Assembly: GCF_902713615.1 (NCBI RefSeq) | Contig: NC_052176.1 | Coordinates: 3,410,001-3,463,343, forward strand | Length of the DNA: 53,343 nt | Origin: Scyliorhinus canicula | Taxonomy: Eukaryota | Direction: 5' to 3' | Part shown: positions 1 to 12,400 of the stretch, piece after piece | Layout: each line of letters opens with the position of its first letter | Numbering within the stretch: the stretch's first letter is position 1 | Notes under the pieces: model-generated | What the model saw: only the letters and a program-made list of their open reading frames with translations | Told to the model about the DNA's origin: nothing | Databases searched by the model: none | Made by a program: the position numbers and the translations under genes

Positions 1-3000
1 ACAGGGGCTGTTATTCTCTATAATATACACAGGGACTGTTATTCTCTATAATATACACAGGGGCTGTTATTCTCTATAATATACACAGGGGCTGTTATTC
101 TCTATAATATACACAGGGACTGTTATTCTCTATAATATACACAGAGACTGTTATTCTCTATAATATACACAGGGACTGTTATTCTCTATAATATACACAG
201 AGACTGTTATTCTCTATAATATACACAGACTGTTATTCTCTATAATATACACAGGGACTGTTATTCTCTATAATATACACAGAGGCTGTTATTCTCTATA
301 ATATACACAGGGGCTGTTATTCTCTATAATATACACAGGACTGTTATTCTCTATAATATACACAGGGGCTGTTATTCTCTATAATATACACAGGACTGTT
401 ATTCTCTATAATATACACAGGGGCTGTTATTCTCTATAATATACACAGACTGTTATTCTCTATAATATACACAGAGACTGTTATTCTCTATAATATACAC
501 AGGGGCTGTTATTGTCTATAATATACACAGGGACTGTTATTCTCTATAATATACACAGGGGCTGTTATTCTCTATAATATACACAGACTGTTATTCTCTA
601 TAATATACACAGGGGCTGTTATTCTCTATAATATACACAGACTGTTATTCTCTATAATATACACAGAGACTGTTATTCTCTATAATATACACAGGGACTG
701 TTATTCTCTATAATATACACAGAGACTGTTATTCTCTATAATATACACAGGGGCTGTTATTCTCTATAATATACACAGGGACTGTTATTGTCTATAATAT
801 ACACAGGGGCTGTTATTCTCTATAATATACACAGGGACTGTTATTCTCTATAATATACACAGACTGTTATTCTCTATAATATACACAGAGACTGTTATTC
901 TCTATAATATACACAGGGGCTGTTATTCTCTATAATATACACAGGGACTGTTATTCTCTATAATATACACAGGGACTGTTATTCTCTATAATATACACAG
1001 GGACTGTTATTCTCTATAATATACACAGGGCTGTTATTCTCTATAATATACACAGGGGCTGTTATTCTCTATAATATACACAGGGCTGTTATTCTCTATA
1101 ATATACACAGACTGTTATTCTCTATAATATACACAGGGGCTGTTATTCTCTATAATATACACAGACTGTTATTCTCTATAATATACACAGGGGCTGTTAT
1201 TCTCTATAATATACACAGAGGCTGTTATTCTCTATAATATACACAGGGGCTGTTATTCTCTATAATATACACAGGGGCTGTTATTCTCTATAATATACAC
1301 AGGACTGTTATCTCTATAATATACACAGACTGTTATTCTCTATAATATACACAGGACTGTTATTCTCTATAATATACACAGAGGCTGTTATTCTCTATAA
1401 TATACACAGGGGCTGTTATTCTCTATAATATACACAGGGGCTGTTATTCTCTATAATATACACAGACTGTTATTCTCTATAATACACAGGGACTGTTATT
1501 CTCTATAATATACACAGGACTGTTATTCTCTATAATATACACAGGGGCTGTTATTCTCTATAATATACACAGGGACTGTTATTCTCTATAATATACACAG
1601 GGGCTGTTATTCTCTATAATATACACAGGGCTGTTATTCTCTATAATATACACAGGGGCTGTTATTCTCTATAATATACACAGGGACTGTTATTCTCTAT
1701 AATATACACAGGGGCTGTTATTCTCTATAATATACACAGGGACTGTTATTCTCTATAATATACACAGGGACTGTTATTCTCTATAATATACACAGGACTG
1801 TTATTCTCTATAATATACACAGGGACTGTTATTCTCTATAATATACACAGGGACTGTTATTCTCTATAATATACACAGGGACTGTTATTCTCTATAATAT
1901 ACACAGGGACTGTTATTCTCTATAATATACACAGGGCTGTTATTCTCTATAATATACACAGGGGCTGTTATTCTCTATAATATACACAGGGACTGTTATT
2001 CTCTATAATATACACAGGGACTGTTATTCTCTATAATATACACAGGGACTGTTATTCTCTATAATATACACAGGGACTGTTATTCTCTATAATATACACA
2101 GGACTGTTATTCTCTATAATATACACAGGGACTGTTATTCTCTATAATATACACAGGGGCTGTTATTCTCTATAATATACACAGGGACTGTTATTCTCTA
2201 TAATATACACAGGGGCTGTTATTCTCTATAATATACACAGGGACTGTTATTCTCTATAATATACACAGGGCTGTTATTCTCTATAATATACACAGGGACT
2301 GTTATTCTCTATAATATACACAGGGACTGTTATTCTCTATAATATACACAGGGACTGTTATTCTCTATAATATACACAGAGGCTGTTATTCTCTATAATA
2401 TACACAGGGGCTGTTATTCTCTATAATATACACAGGGACTGTTATTCTCTATAATATACACAGGGACTGTTATTCTCTATAATATACACAGGACTGTTAT
2501 TCTCTATAATATACACAGGGCTGTTATTCTCTATAATATACACAGGGTCTGTTATTCTCTATAATATACACAGGGACTGTTATTCTCTATAATATACACA
2601 GGGACTGTTATTCTCTATAATATACACAGGGACTGTTATTCTCTATAATATACACAGGGACTGTTATTCTCTATAATATACACAGGGGCTGTTATTCTCT
2701 ATAATATACACAGGGACTGTTATTCTCTATAATATACACAGGACTGTTATTCTCTATAATATACACAGGACTGTTATTCTCTATAATATACACAGGGGCT
2801 GTTATTGTCTATAATATACACAGGGACTGTTATTCTCTATAATATACACAGACTGTTATTCTCTATAATATACACAGACTGTTATTCTCTATAATATACA
2901 CAGGGACTGTTATTGTCTATAATATACACAGGGACTGTTATTCTCTATAATATACACAGGGGCTGTTATTCTCTATAATATACATAGGGGCTGTTATTCT

Positions 3001-3949
3001 TTATAATATACACAGGGACTGTTATTGTCTATAATATACACAGGGACTGTTATTGTCTATAATATACACAGGGACTGTTATTGTCTATAATATACACAGG
3101 GACTGTTATTCTCTATAATATACACAGATACTGTTATTCTCTATAATATACACAGGGGCTGGTATTCTCTATAATATACACAGGGACTGTTATTCTCTAT
3201 AATATACACAGGGGCTGTTATTCTCTATAATATACACAGGGGGCTGTTATTCTCTATAATATACACAGGGGCTGTTATTCTCTATAATATACACAGGGAC
3301 TGTTATTCTCTATAATATACACAGGGGCTGGTATTCTCTATAATATACACAGGGACTGTTATTCTCTATAATATACACAGAGACTGTTATTCTCAATAAT
3401 ATATACAGGGGCTGGTATTCTCTATAATATACACAGGGACTGTTATTCTCTATAATATACACAGAGACTGTTATTCTCTATAATATACACAGGAGCTGTT
3501 ATTCTCTATAATATACACAGGGGCTGTTATTCTCTATAATATACACAGGGACTGTTATTCTCTATAATATACACAGTGTTATTCTCTATAATATCACAGG
3601 GACTGTTATTCTCTATAATATACACAGGGGCTGTTATTCTAATAATACACAGGGGCTGTTATTCTCTATAATATACACAGGGCTGGTATTCTCTATAATA
3701 TACACAGGGGACTGTATTCTCTATAATATACACAGGGGCTGTTATTCTCTATAATATACACACAGACTGTTATTCTCTATAATATACACAGAGACTGTTA
3801 TTCTCTATAATATACACAGGGCTGTTATTCTCTATAATATACACAGGGGCTGTTATTCTCAATAATATACACAGGGGCTGTTATTCTCTATAATATACAC
3901 AGGGATGTTAGTCTGTATATTATACACACAGACTGTTATTCTCTATAAT
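1..3949. repeat. 28-bp minisatellite (ACAGGGACTGTTATTCTCTATAATATAC)n, about 140 copies, running off the window start
   Basis: Unit starts recur at 1, 29, 57; variants of 26-29 bp differ mainly in the G-run. Degenerate copies continue to ~4195 and at ~4790-4840. Confidence 0.97.
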
Positions 3950-4136
3950 GAAAATGAAATGAAATGAAAATCACTTATTGTCACAAGTAGTCTTCAAATG
4001 AAGTTACTGTGAAAAGCCCCTAGTCGCCACATTCCGGTGCCTGTTCGGGGAGGCTATTACGGGAATTGAACCGTACTGCTGGCCTGCCTTGGTCTGCTTT
4101 CAAAGCCAGCGATTTAGCCCTGTGCTAAACCAGCCC
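3950..4136 (-). mobile_element. Short tRNA-derived SINE (~190 bp, 'family B') with a (CATTT)n tail
   Basis: Minus strand starts GGGCTGGTTTAGCACAGGG (A-box) with GGTTCAATTCCC (B-box). Flanked by CTATAAT at 3943-3949 and 4137-4143 (TSD). Related copies at 19783, 22353 and 25386. Confidence 0.85.
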
Positions 4137-4227
4137 CTATAATATACACAGTGTTATTCTCTGTAATATACACAGGATCTGCGATTCTCTATGAGAATAA
4201 TAATAATCTTTTATTGTCACAAATATG

Positions 4228-4730
4228 GGGCGCGATTCTCCGCTGGCCATGACAGGTCGGAGAATAGCGGGAGGGCCTTCCTGACAATTTTCACTCCCTC
4301 CCGCTATTCTCCCCCCCCCCCCCCCCCCCCCCCCACGGCCGCCCCACGACACGAATCGCTGCTCGCCGTTTTTTACGGCGAACAGCGATTCTCCCCAGGC
4401 CGATGGGCCGAGTTCCCAGGCCTTTACGGCCGCTTTCACGAACGTGATCACGCCTGATCTCACCGTTCGTGAAAACGGCCGCAAAGTGCCCGTCCCGGAC
4501 AACCATGGCACCAATTGGCACGGCCACACCACGGCCGTGCCAAGGGAGGCATGGGCCTGCGATCGGTGGGCACCGATCGCGGGCAGCGGGTCCGATACCC
4601 GCGCATTATTTGTTCTTCTGCCGCCCCGCAGGATCAGTCCGCGGGGCGGCTGAGGGGCATGACGGCCCGCGCATGCGCATGTCTGACGCGTCTGCATGAT
4701 GACGTCATCCGCGCATGCGCGGGTTGGACC
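4228..4730 (-). mobile_element. Truncated GC-rich TIR MITE (PIF/Harbinger-like), same family as 16894-17537 in the opposite orientation
   Basis: Begins GGGCGCGATTCTCC and is colinear with the reverse complement of 17537 to ~17130, sharing GAATCGCTGC..CCGTTTTTTACGGCG, CAACCATGGCACC and GATGACGTCATCCGCGCATGCGCGGGTTGG. Confidence 0.75.
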
Positions 4731-4948
4731 CACCCTGCTGGAATTGTTCTGCATTCCAAGCTGGCTGTCTAGCGCACTGAGCTGAACCAGCCCTATTCTC
4801 GAAAACATACGCAGGGGCTGCTGTTCTCCATAATACACACATGATAGCAAATTCTTGCTAACTTGCCCGTTCAGGTAGAAAGGATGTAATACGCAAATGC
4901 ATCATTAAAAGCAATTCTTTTGAATGGGTCAACGCTGGGAACAGGGGA

Positions 4949-5073
4949 GGTCCAGAGTGTTTTAGGGTCCAGAGTGTTTTAGGGTCCAGAGTGTTATAGG
5001 GTCCAGAGTGTTATAGGGTCCAGAGTGTTTTAGGGTCCAGAGTGTTTTAGGGTCCAGAGTGTTTTAGGGTCCA
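4949..5073. repeat. 17-bp tandem repeat (GGTCCAGAGTGTTTTAG)x7
   Basis: Directly visible. Confidence 0.95.
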
Positions 5074-5159
5074 CAGATAGAGAGAGAGATGCTAAAATGC
5101 CGTGGTCAGATAGAAGAAATAATCACACTGGTGAATGGAACAATGGATACCGATATCGT

Positions 5160-5525
5160 CATCGGCGATCGGGCGGGGAATGGGGTCCGACGCCCTAACC
5201 GGGGCCGGCGCCAATTTGACGCCCGTCAGCCACGCTCCGCCCCCTCCAAAATGGCATCATTGCGTCGCGAGCCGTTGCAACAGCATTGGCTCGTCGTCGG
5301 CCGCCCCCCCCCCCCCCCCCACCGGCTTGGTTGCGCTCGTGGGCCGCGTCTTGCGCCGCCATGCTCAGCCGAGGATCGGTGCGGCGAAGGCTGGGGGGGG
5401 GGGGGTGGGCTGCGGGGTCACGGATGGCCGGGGTCAGGTTGGCGCACGGCGCACGCACGGCGCAACCACTGCAGGCCGTCAGAGCCCCGCGCATGCGCAG
5501 CCCGGGACCCGGACATTCTCCGGCC
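5160..5525. mobile_element. CpG-rich fragment, probably from a related MITE family
   Basis: CpG-dense, carries a CGCGCATGCGCA palindrome and poly-C/poly-G tracts like the other MITE copies. No clear TIRs. Confidence 0.4.
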
Positions 5526-5526
5526 G

Positions 5527-5670
5527 TTTTTTTTTCTTTGGGTTGTGGGGGCGAAACCCACGCAGACACGGGGAGAATGTGCAAACTCCACACGGACAGT
5601 GACCCAGGGCCGGGATCGAACCCGGGGACCTCGGCGCTGTGAGGCAGCAGTGCTAACCCACTGCGCCACG
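5527..5670 (-). mobile_element. tRNA/V-domain SINE ('family C'), 5' part
   Basis: Minus strand reads GTGGCGCAGTGGGTTAGCACTGCTGCCTCACAGCGCCGAGGTCCCCGGGTTCGATCCCGG...GTGGAGTTTGCACATTCTCCCCGTGTCTGCGTGGGTTTC. Confidence 0.85.
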
Positions 5671-6039
5671 GAAAGTTAAGGGGTGGTTTAACGTCGGATC
5701 TTGCCACTTTGAAAGGAACTGATCGGACAAACAGAGGGAGACCCAATTCCCGTTGAGATATATGGAGGAATGGTGGACAAGTGGAGTTAAGATACAGGAT
5801 CAACAGAACAGGCTTGAGGGACTGAACTGGATATGGGCAGTGGCGGTGATGGGGGGGGGGGGGGGGGGGGGTGTTGTTCCTGCTCGTTTTCGCATCTTTT
5901 AACTAATGTTCCAAAGCAAATAAGCCATTGACTGGAAAGTCCCGCCTCAGCTCGAGCTGGCAAAGGTTGCATTGTGACGCTTCCCGTGGTCAAATATCCC
6001 GCCGACACTCGGTGCCTGTGTGAGCTCGGGGCGGCCCAA

Positions 6040-6539
6040 NNNNNNNNNNNNNNNNNNNNNNNNNNNNNNNNNNNNNNNNNNNNNNNNNNNNNNNNNNNNN
6101 NNNNNNNNNNNNNNNNNNNNNNNNNNNNNNNNNNNNNNNNNNNNNNNNNNNNNNNNNNNNNNNNNNNNNNNNNNNNNNNNNNNNNNNNNNNNNNNNNNNN
6201 NNNNNNNNNNNNNNNNNNNNNNNNNNNNNNNNNNNNNNNNNNNNNNNNNNNNNNNNNNNNNNNNNNNNNNNNNNNNNNNNNNNNNNNNNNNNNNNNNNNN
6301 NNNNNNNNNNNNNNNNNNNNNNNNNNNNNNNNNNNNNNNNNNNNNNNNNNNNNNNNNNNNNNNNNNNNNNNNNNNNNNNNNNNNNNNNNNNNNNNNNNNN
6401 NNNNNNNNNNNNNNNNNNNNNNNNNNNNNNNNNNNNNNNNNNNNNNNNNNNNNNNNNNNNNNNNNNNNNNNNNNNNNNNNNNNNNNNNNNNNNNNNNNNN
6501 NNNNNNNNNNNNNNNNNNNNNNNNNNNNNNNNNNNNNNN
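6040..6539. other. Assembly gap (500 N)
   Basis: Run of N. Confidence 1.
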
Positions 6540-7024
6540 GACACCTATACGCACATGTACATATACACACACCCACAGACACGTATACACGCCCACAGAC
6601 ACGTATACACACACACTTCCATTTACACACACATGTTCACACAGCCCAAAAGTTGCGTGACCACATTTTACAAGGTGTGGGGACCACTGGTAAAGTTGGC
6701 ATTGAGCGCCAACCCGGGTTGTCTGCTGCAACTTGCTGCATCCATTCCGGGGCAGTTAGGAGGACCTCAAACACATTGGCACAGTGGTTTGGGAGTCACC
6801 TCGGCTCGGGCTGGGAAAGAACGTCAGAAATCCCTCCCGGAGAGAGACTTCTGTCTCTCATAGTCCGATAACGTTCCTGAAAAGAGCGGCGTGCCGCACC
6901 TATCCGGCCTCAACACATCGGGGCAAAGGCAGGAATGGCAAATTTCAAACGCGATTCGAAAATTGGTCACCGACCTGACTCCAATTGGCTAGGGCTGTTG
7001 CTACGGAGAACATAGCGACAGGGG

Positions 7025-7343
7025 ACATAGAACATACAATGCAGAAGGAGGCCATTCGGCCCATCAAGTCTGCACCGACCCACTGAAGCCCTCACTTCCA
7101 CCCTATCCCCGTAACCCAATAACCCCTCCCAACCTTTTTTTTGGACACTAAGGGGCAATTTATCACGGCCAATCCACCCAACCTGCACGTCTTTGGACTG
7201 TGGGAGGAAACCGGAGCACCCGGAGGAAACCCACGCACACACGGGGAGAACGTGCAGACTCCGCACCGACAGTGACCCAGCGCGGAAACGAACCTGGGAC
7301 CCTGGAGCTGTGAAGCCACAGTGCGACCCACTTGTGCTGCCCC
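7025..7343 (-). mobile_element. HE1-like V-SINE ('family A'): tRNA head, V core, CR1-derived 3' tail
   Basis: Minus strand has B-box GGTTCGTTTCC, V core GTGGGTTTCCTCCGGGTGCTCCGGTTTCCTCCCACAGTCCAAAGA and tail GGGCCGAATGGCCTCCTTCTGCATTGTATGTTCTATG. Confidence 0.88.
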
Positions 7344-7604
7344 AACTAGGGGGTCCCCGGTCCCAGAAAGAGGCGCAATGGCTTGACCACGTTCTGACTT
7401 CCCAACCAATTGTTGGGGTTTGTACTGCGGTCCAAATCGTTGCGAGGTACTGAAATTTCGTCCTGCTGAGTGGAAGGTGAAAAACTTCCGCGACACGTCT
7501 CTTTTTACAGGGAGATCAAGTTCGGTAGAAACTGGTAGCCCGCTGGTGTAGTCACAGCAACAGCCGTTAACCGAGTCTCTCTTTCCTTCCCACCCCCTCC
7601 ACAG

Positions 7605-7824
7605 CGAATGTAGTTGGTTCCTCAGTGAGGGTGCTGTCTCGCTCAGGGCACTGCTGAAGCAGGCAGCCCCCTTGTCCATCCTCTGGACGCTCACCAACTA
7701 CCTGTACCTGATGGCGCTGCGGACCATCAGCGCCACCGACGCCTCCGCCCTCTTCTGCAGCAACAGCGCCTTCGTCTTCCTCCTCTCCTGGATCGCGCTG
7801 AAGGAGAGGTTCATGGGCGTCCGG
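7605..7824 (+). CDS. SLC35F3-like: SLC35F3/F4-family (EamA/DMT fold) transporter, internal coding exon
   Basis: Acceptor CCACAG|C and donor CGG|GTAAGG. Encodes ECSWFLSEGAVSLRALLKQAAPLSILWTLTNYLYLMALRTISATDASALFCSNSAFVFLLSWIALKERFMGVR, matching the family motifs LWTLTNYLY and AFVFLLSWI..DRFMGVR. Confidence 0.93.
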
Positions 7825-8260
7825 GTAAGGCTGCCTGATGGCACGATGGGGGTGGGCAGGGCACCCCCCCCCGCCTGCGGGTCGGGAGAGGCTGTTGCGG
7901 GTTTCGAGGCCCACTCCCGAGGCCCCGGGCGACAGGTTTGGCCGCAAACGGCGACGGGGCCTAGGGGAGTGGGCCTGGATCGACGTGATCATTTGGGGGG
8001 GGCGGGTGCAGAACCCGATGGGCCGAATGGCCTCCTTCTGCACTGCGGGGATTCAACGGATGCCATTCTGTGGGTAGATGGGTGCTCGGACGGTCGTGCC
8101 AGACACGGTGGGCCGTGCTGGTGAAGCTCGTTGGGATTCGTTCCCGCAGGGAATGTTCGGGTTGGACCATTCAAGGTGGGGGTGGGGGTGGGGGTGGGGG
8201 GGGGGAGGGGGGGGACGTGGCCGCTGGAAACGCTTTATCCCCTCTCCGCTTGCCCCACAG

Positions 8261-8386
8261 ATTGTGGCTGCAATCCTTTCCATCACCGGCATCGTGATGA
8301 TCGCCTACGCGGACGGCTTCCACCGCGATTCCATCGTGGGCGTGGCCTTCGTCGTGGGATCGGCATCCACCTCCGCCCTGTACAAG
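8261..8386 (+). CDS. SLC35F3-like: SLC35F3/F4-family transporter, coding exon (126 bp, phase 0/0)
   Basis: CCACAG|ATT ... AAG|GTGAGA; encodes IVAAILSITGIVMIAYADGFHRDSIVGVAFVVGSASTSALYK. Confidence 0.95.
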
Positions 8387-8398
8387 GTGAGATCACCT

Positions 8399-9713
8399 AT
8401 ACTCGACCCTTCCTCATCGTCCTCTCCGTACTCGACCCTTCCTCATCGTCCTCTCCGTACTCGCCCCTTCCTCATCGTCCTCTCCGTACTCGCCCCTTCC
8501 TCGCCCCCCCCCCCCCGGACTCGCCCCTTCCTCGCCCCCCCAATACTCGACCCTTCCTCGCCCCCCCAATACTCGACCCTTCCTCGCCCCCCGTACTCGC
8601 CCCTTCCTCGCTCCCCCCCGTACTCGCCCCTTCCTCGCCCCCCCCCGGACTCGCCTCTTCCTCGCCCCCCCCGTACTTGCCCCTTCCTCACCACCCCCCC
8701 GTACTCGCCCCTTCGTCGCCCCCCCCGGACTCGCCCCCCCAATACTCGACCCTTCCTCGCCCCCCGTACTCGCCCCTTCCTCGCTCCCCCCCGTACTCGC
8801 CCCTTCCTCGGCCCCCCCCCCGGACTCGCCCCTTCCTCGGCCCCCCCCCCGGACTCGCCCCTTCCTCGCCCCCCATACTCGCCCCTTCCTTGCCCCCCCC
8901 ATACTCGCCCCTTCCTCGGCCCCCCCCCGGACTCGCCCCTTCCTCGCCCCCCCCCGTACTCGCCCCTTCCTCACCCCCCCCGTACACGCCCCTTCCTCCC
9001 CCCCAAATACTCGCCCCTTCCTCGCCCCCCCCCAATACTCGCCCCATCCTCGCCCCCCCAATACTCGCCCCTTCCTCGCCCCTCCGTACTCGCCCCTTCC
9101 TCACCCCCCCCAATACTCGCCCCTTCCTCGCCTCCCCGTACTCGCCCCTTCCTCGCCCCCCCAATACTCGCCCCTTCCTCGCCTCCCCAATACTCGCCCC
9201 TTCCTCGCCCCCAATACTCGCCCCTTCCTCACCCCCCCAATACTCGCCCCTTCCTCGCCCCCCCAATACTCGCCCCTTCCTCGCCCCCAATACTCGCCCC
9301 TTCCTCGCCCCCCAATACTCGCCCCTTCCTCGTCCCCAATACTCGCCCCTTCCTCACCCCCCAATACTCGCCCCTTCCTCGCCCCCAATACTCGCCCCTT
9401 CCTCGCCCCCAATACTCACCCCTTCCTCGCCCCCAATACTCGACCCTTCCTCGCCCCAATACTCGCCCCTTCCTCGCCCCCCCTTCCTCGCCCCCAATAC
9501 TCGACCCTTCCTCGCCCCCAATACTCGCCCCTTCCTCCCCCCCATACTCGCCCCTTCCTCGCCCCAATACTCGCCCCTTCTTCGCGCCCCCTGTACTCGC
9601 CCCCAATACACACCCCTTCCTCGCCCCCCCATACTCGCCCCTTCCTCGCCCCCCAATACTCGACCCTTCCTCGCCCCAATACTCGCCCCTTCTTCGCGCC
9701 CCCTGTACTCGCC
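8399..9713. repeat. C-rich minisatellite, core TACTCGCCCCTTCCTCGCCCCC with a variable spacer (~20-29 bp)
   Basis: Directly visible; starts 12 nt after the exon donor; G-run-rich on the minus strand. Confidence 0.95.
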
Positions 9714-10473
9714 CTGGGGTGAGGAGGTGAGGGTGTGGTGAGGCCTCTGTTGAACCTCGCCTCCCAAAGATGGCTCGTCCGACAGTGCAGCACCCAGTCC
9801 GTGCTGCCGCTGGGAGGGTGGGCCTGGGTTGCGTGTTTGAGTCGCTGGGGCGCCACCTGAAGTCACCAGCTTCTGAGTCAGGGCTTCGAACTGGGAATGC
9901 ACGTGGTTGGGAGTTGGTGGAGGGGGGGTGGAGGAAGGTTTGTTAAAGCTGACCCAGGTCAGCTGTGAATCGGGGCTACCTCTCCTGATGCTGAGCGCAG
10001 TGACCCCTGCTGGGCAACGCGCCCACATAACGCCCCTTATGGCAAACAGCAAAACTACAGATAGATCAGCCTCCACCCCTTAATTACATACGGCATTCTT
10101 TGCCCTCCTCCCAATTACGATGCCCCTCGACCTGGTTATCCAGGACCACGCATCATCCCTCATAAATTAGCTAATCCCCAGGGATCCTCCAAAATCAAAA
10201 CAATGCTCCATTGGCCATCTAGCTGTAAAGAGGTAAATGGTTAAAACGAATGATTACCTCACTTTTACGGCCCCTTAATCACAGCTTTAACAGACATACT
10301 GCCCGTATGCATCCTACACCAGGGTTTTTAATTACATTACTTGGAAGCTTCTCTTGCAGGGACTTTCTGAATAAACCTGTCAGCCGCTGAATATTAATTG
10401 TATTAATAAGTGGCATTTGGGCTACGTGCGTGCGGACTTTGCTTCATTGAATGTTTAGAAGTGTAGCTCGTTA

Positions 10474-11222
10474 TGTTCTCTCTCTAATTGGCTCTGTTAA
10501 TGGAGGTTAATATGGCCGCCTTCCTTGATTCTAATTACGTTTGCTCAAGAGTTGCCAGGTATCTTTCTGATACCGCCACAAGGTTCAAAACCGAATACTG
10601 ATCAAAGACTCGATATACCAGTTAGTAAGTTCGAAATCAATGCTCATTTATGTACACACACAGTCAAATATACTCATGCGCAAAACTCTACCAACTAAAC
10701 TATCACTACTACTAAAGCCTATACTTAGCTTCGGGCGCCCACTCAGTCAGAGGGACAATGGCCGTTGTCCGGTTCTGAGGCTGTCGGGGTCGAGCTGGTA
10801 CGGAATAGTAGCTAGGAGCGTCTGTCCCGTAGCGTGCGTTGACTTTGGACTTACTTGTTCTGGTGCAGCTGCTGGGCAGGTCTCTCGTCGCTGAGAGCCA
10901 AGGCCAAGAAGAGCGATTCTCTCTTGGGGGCTTCTTCTTATATCCAACTTTGCGCGCTTTTGGGCGGGCCTTGAACTTGGCCCCAATTAATTGGACCGTA
11001 TCCTGATCATTTCCTCCAATAAAGGGGTGGCTGCCCTGATTGCTGGGCGGGCCCTGGGTAGCCGTTGGCCGGCTTTGTTCTAGTCTCCTCTGGCGCCGGG
11101 GTGTCTGCTTTGGTATCGTTTACTTAAATGTTTCTCTTTAGTCCCCGGAGATGGGTCATTAGTATGGTAATGGCTTTGCAGTATTACCCGGGGGGGGGGG
11201 GGGTGAGCTATATTCCTCAACA
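10474..11222 (-). mobile_element. Probable solo LTR (Gypsy-like), ~750 bp
   Basis: TGTT...AACA termini flanked by GTTA at 10470-10473 and 11223-11226 (4-bp TSD). TATA-like GGATATAAGAAG on the minus strand near 10934-10945, with CCAAT/GC-box motifs upstream of it. Confidence 0.5.
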
Positions 11223-11239
11223 GTTAAGTCGTATGTCAA

Positions 11240-11420
11240 TGCGTTTTTTTTTTTTTTTTATAAATCTTGAGTGTCCATTTTTTTATTTTTGCCAATCCCA
11301 GGGGCAATTTAGAAATGGTCAACCACCTATTCCTGCACAACTTTGGGTTGTGGGTTAAACCCACCCCAGACACGGTTCGAATAAACTCCACACGGACAGG
11401 AACCCAGGCCGGATTCGAAC
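11240..11420 (-). mobile_element. Degenerate family C SINE
   Basis: GGGGCAATTTAG..GGTCAACCACCTA..CTTTGGGTTGTGGG..AACTCCACACGGACAG match the other family C copies. Confidence 0.7.
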
Positions 11421-11619
11421 CCTCCTCAGCGCGTATGCACAATGTAAACTGTGCACCTCTGCCCCATAATGAAGTTTTGTTTTCGGAATAACTAAAGCCC
11501 TATTTTTCTTCATGCAATTACTCCAGGAGCGAATCATTCTTTTCCGCACAGTCTCACAAATAAACTAAAATATTGGGGTTTCGATCCTGTGACCAAGTCG
11601 CTGTTGGGGTCTGGTCTGG

Positions 11620-11788
11620 GATTGTAATAGTGGGGGGAATTCTGGAACCGGGGAGCACAGTCTCAGAATAAGCCAGCGGTTGTTTAACACTGAGAGGAGG
11701 AGCAATTTTTCCAGTCGGAGGGGCAGGGAGCCTTCGGAATTCCTCAGCAGGTTAGAGGGGCTGAATGGCCCACTCTTGCGTTCCTAAT
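11620..11788 (+). mobile_element. Degenerate CR1 LINE 3' fragment
   Basis: GCACAGTCTCAGAATAAG...GAGAGGAGGAGCAATTTTT...GGGGCTGAATGGCC resembles the CR1 ORF2 end and 3' UTR at 49120-49410. Confidence 0.55.
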
Positions 11789-12110
11789 GGGCGGCACGAT
11801 GGCACAGTGGTTTGCACTGTTGCTTCACAACGCCAGGCTCCCGGGTTCGATCCCTGGCCTTGGTTCACAGTCTGTGCGGAGTCTGCACGTTCTCCCCCCC
11901 CCCCCCCCCGTGTCTGCGTGGGTTTCCTCCGGGCGCTCCGGTTTCCTCCCACAAGTCCCGAAAGACGTGCTTGTTGGGTGAATTGGACATTATGAATTCT
12001 CCCTCCGTGCACCCGAACAGGAGCCGGAATGTGGCGACGAGGGGATTTTCACAGTAACTTCATCGCAGTGTTAATGTAAGCCTACTTGCGACACGGATAA
12101 AGATTATTTT
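11789..12110 (+). mobile_element. tRNA/V-domain SINE carrying the family B-type 3' end
   Basis: A/B boxes and V core, then GAACAGGAGCCGGAATGTGGCGACGAGGGGATTTTCACAGTAACTTCAT...GTAAGCCTACTTG, shared with the family B SINEs. Confidence 0.85.
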
Positions 12111-12400
12111 GATGATTTAATGGGGTATTTCCTCGGGGGGGGGGGGGGGGGAGTTGACCCCTTCATACCGGCCAATCCGCCAGGTCAACCTTCTCCACAC
12201 CTGCTTCCCGCACAATTTCATCCTTCCTTAAGTAAGGAGAGCGAGGAACGGTTTCTGGTCTCCTCACTGGCGAGATGGGACAATCCCGCTGTAGTGCCAG
12301 TCCCTCCTGTCAAGGGGGCGACAGGGCAAGTGGGTTCTTGGTTGGATATCTCACAGGGGGAATTTTATCCGGATTAACCCGCTGTGTTTCCGCCCCGCAG

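Noticed and set aside
1-3949. CRISPR-like or bacterial-promoter-like array (TATAAT in each 28-bp unit)
   Set aside because: Units are head-to-tail with no unique spacers, no cas genes are present, and the context is a vertebrate intron; TATAAT is incidental.
5787-6871. ORFs spanning N runs (also 32422-33492)
   Set aside because: Artefacts of translating assembly gaps.
8078-9741. 550- and 536-aa proline-rich extensin-like ORFs
   Set aside because: Translations of a C-rich minisatellite, open in several frames; only 8261-8386 is a real exon with splice sites.
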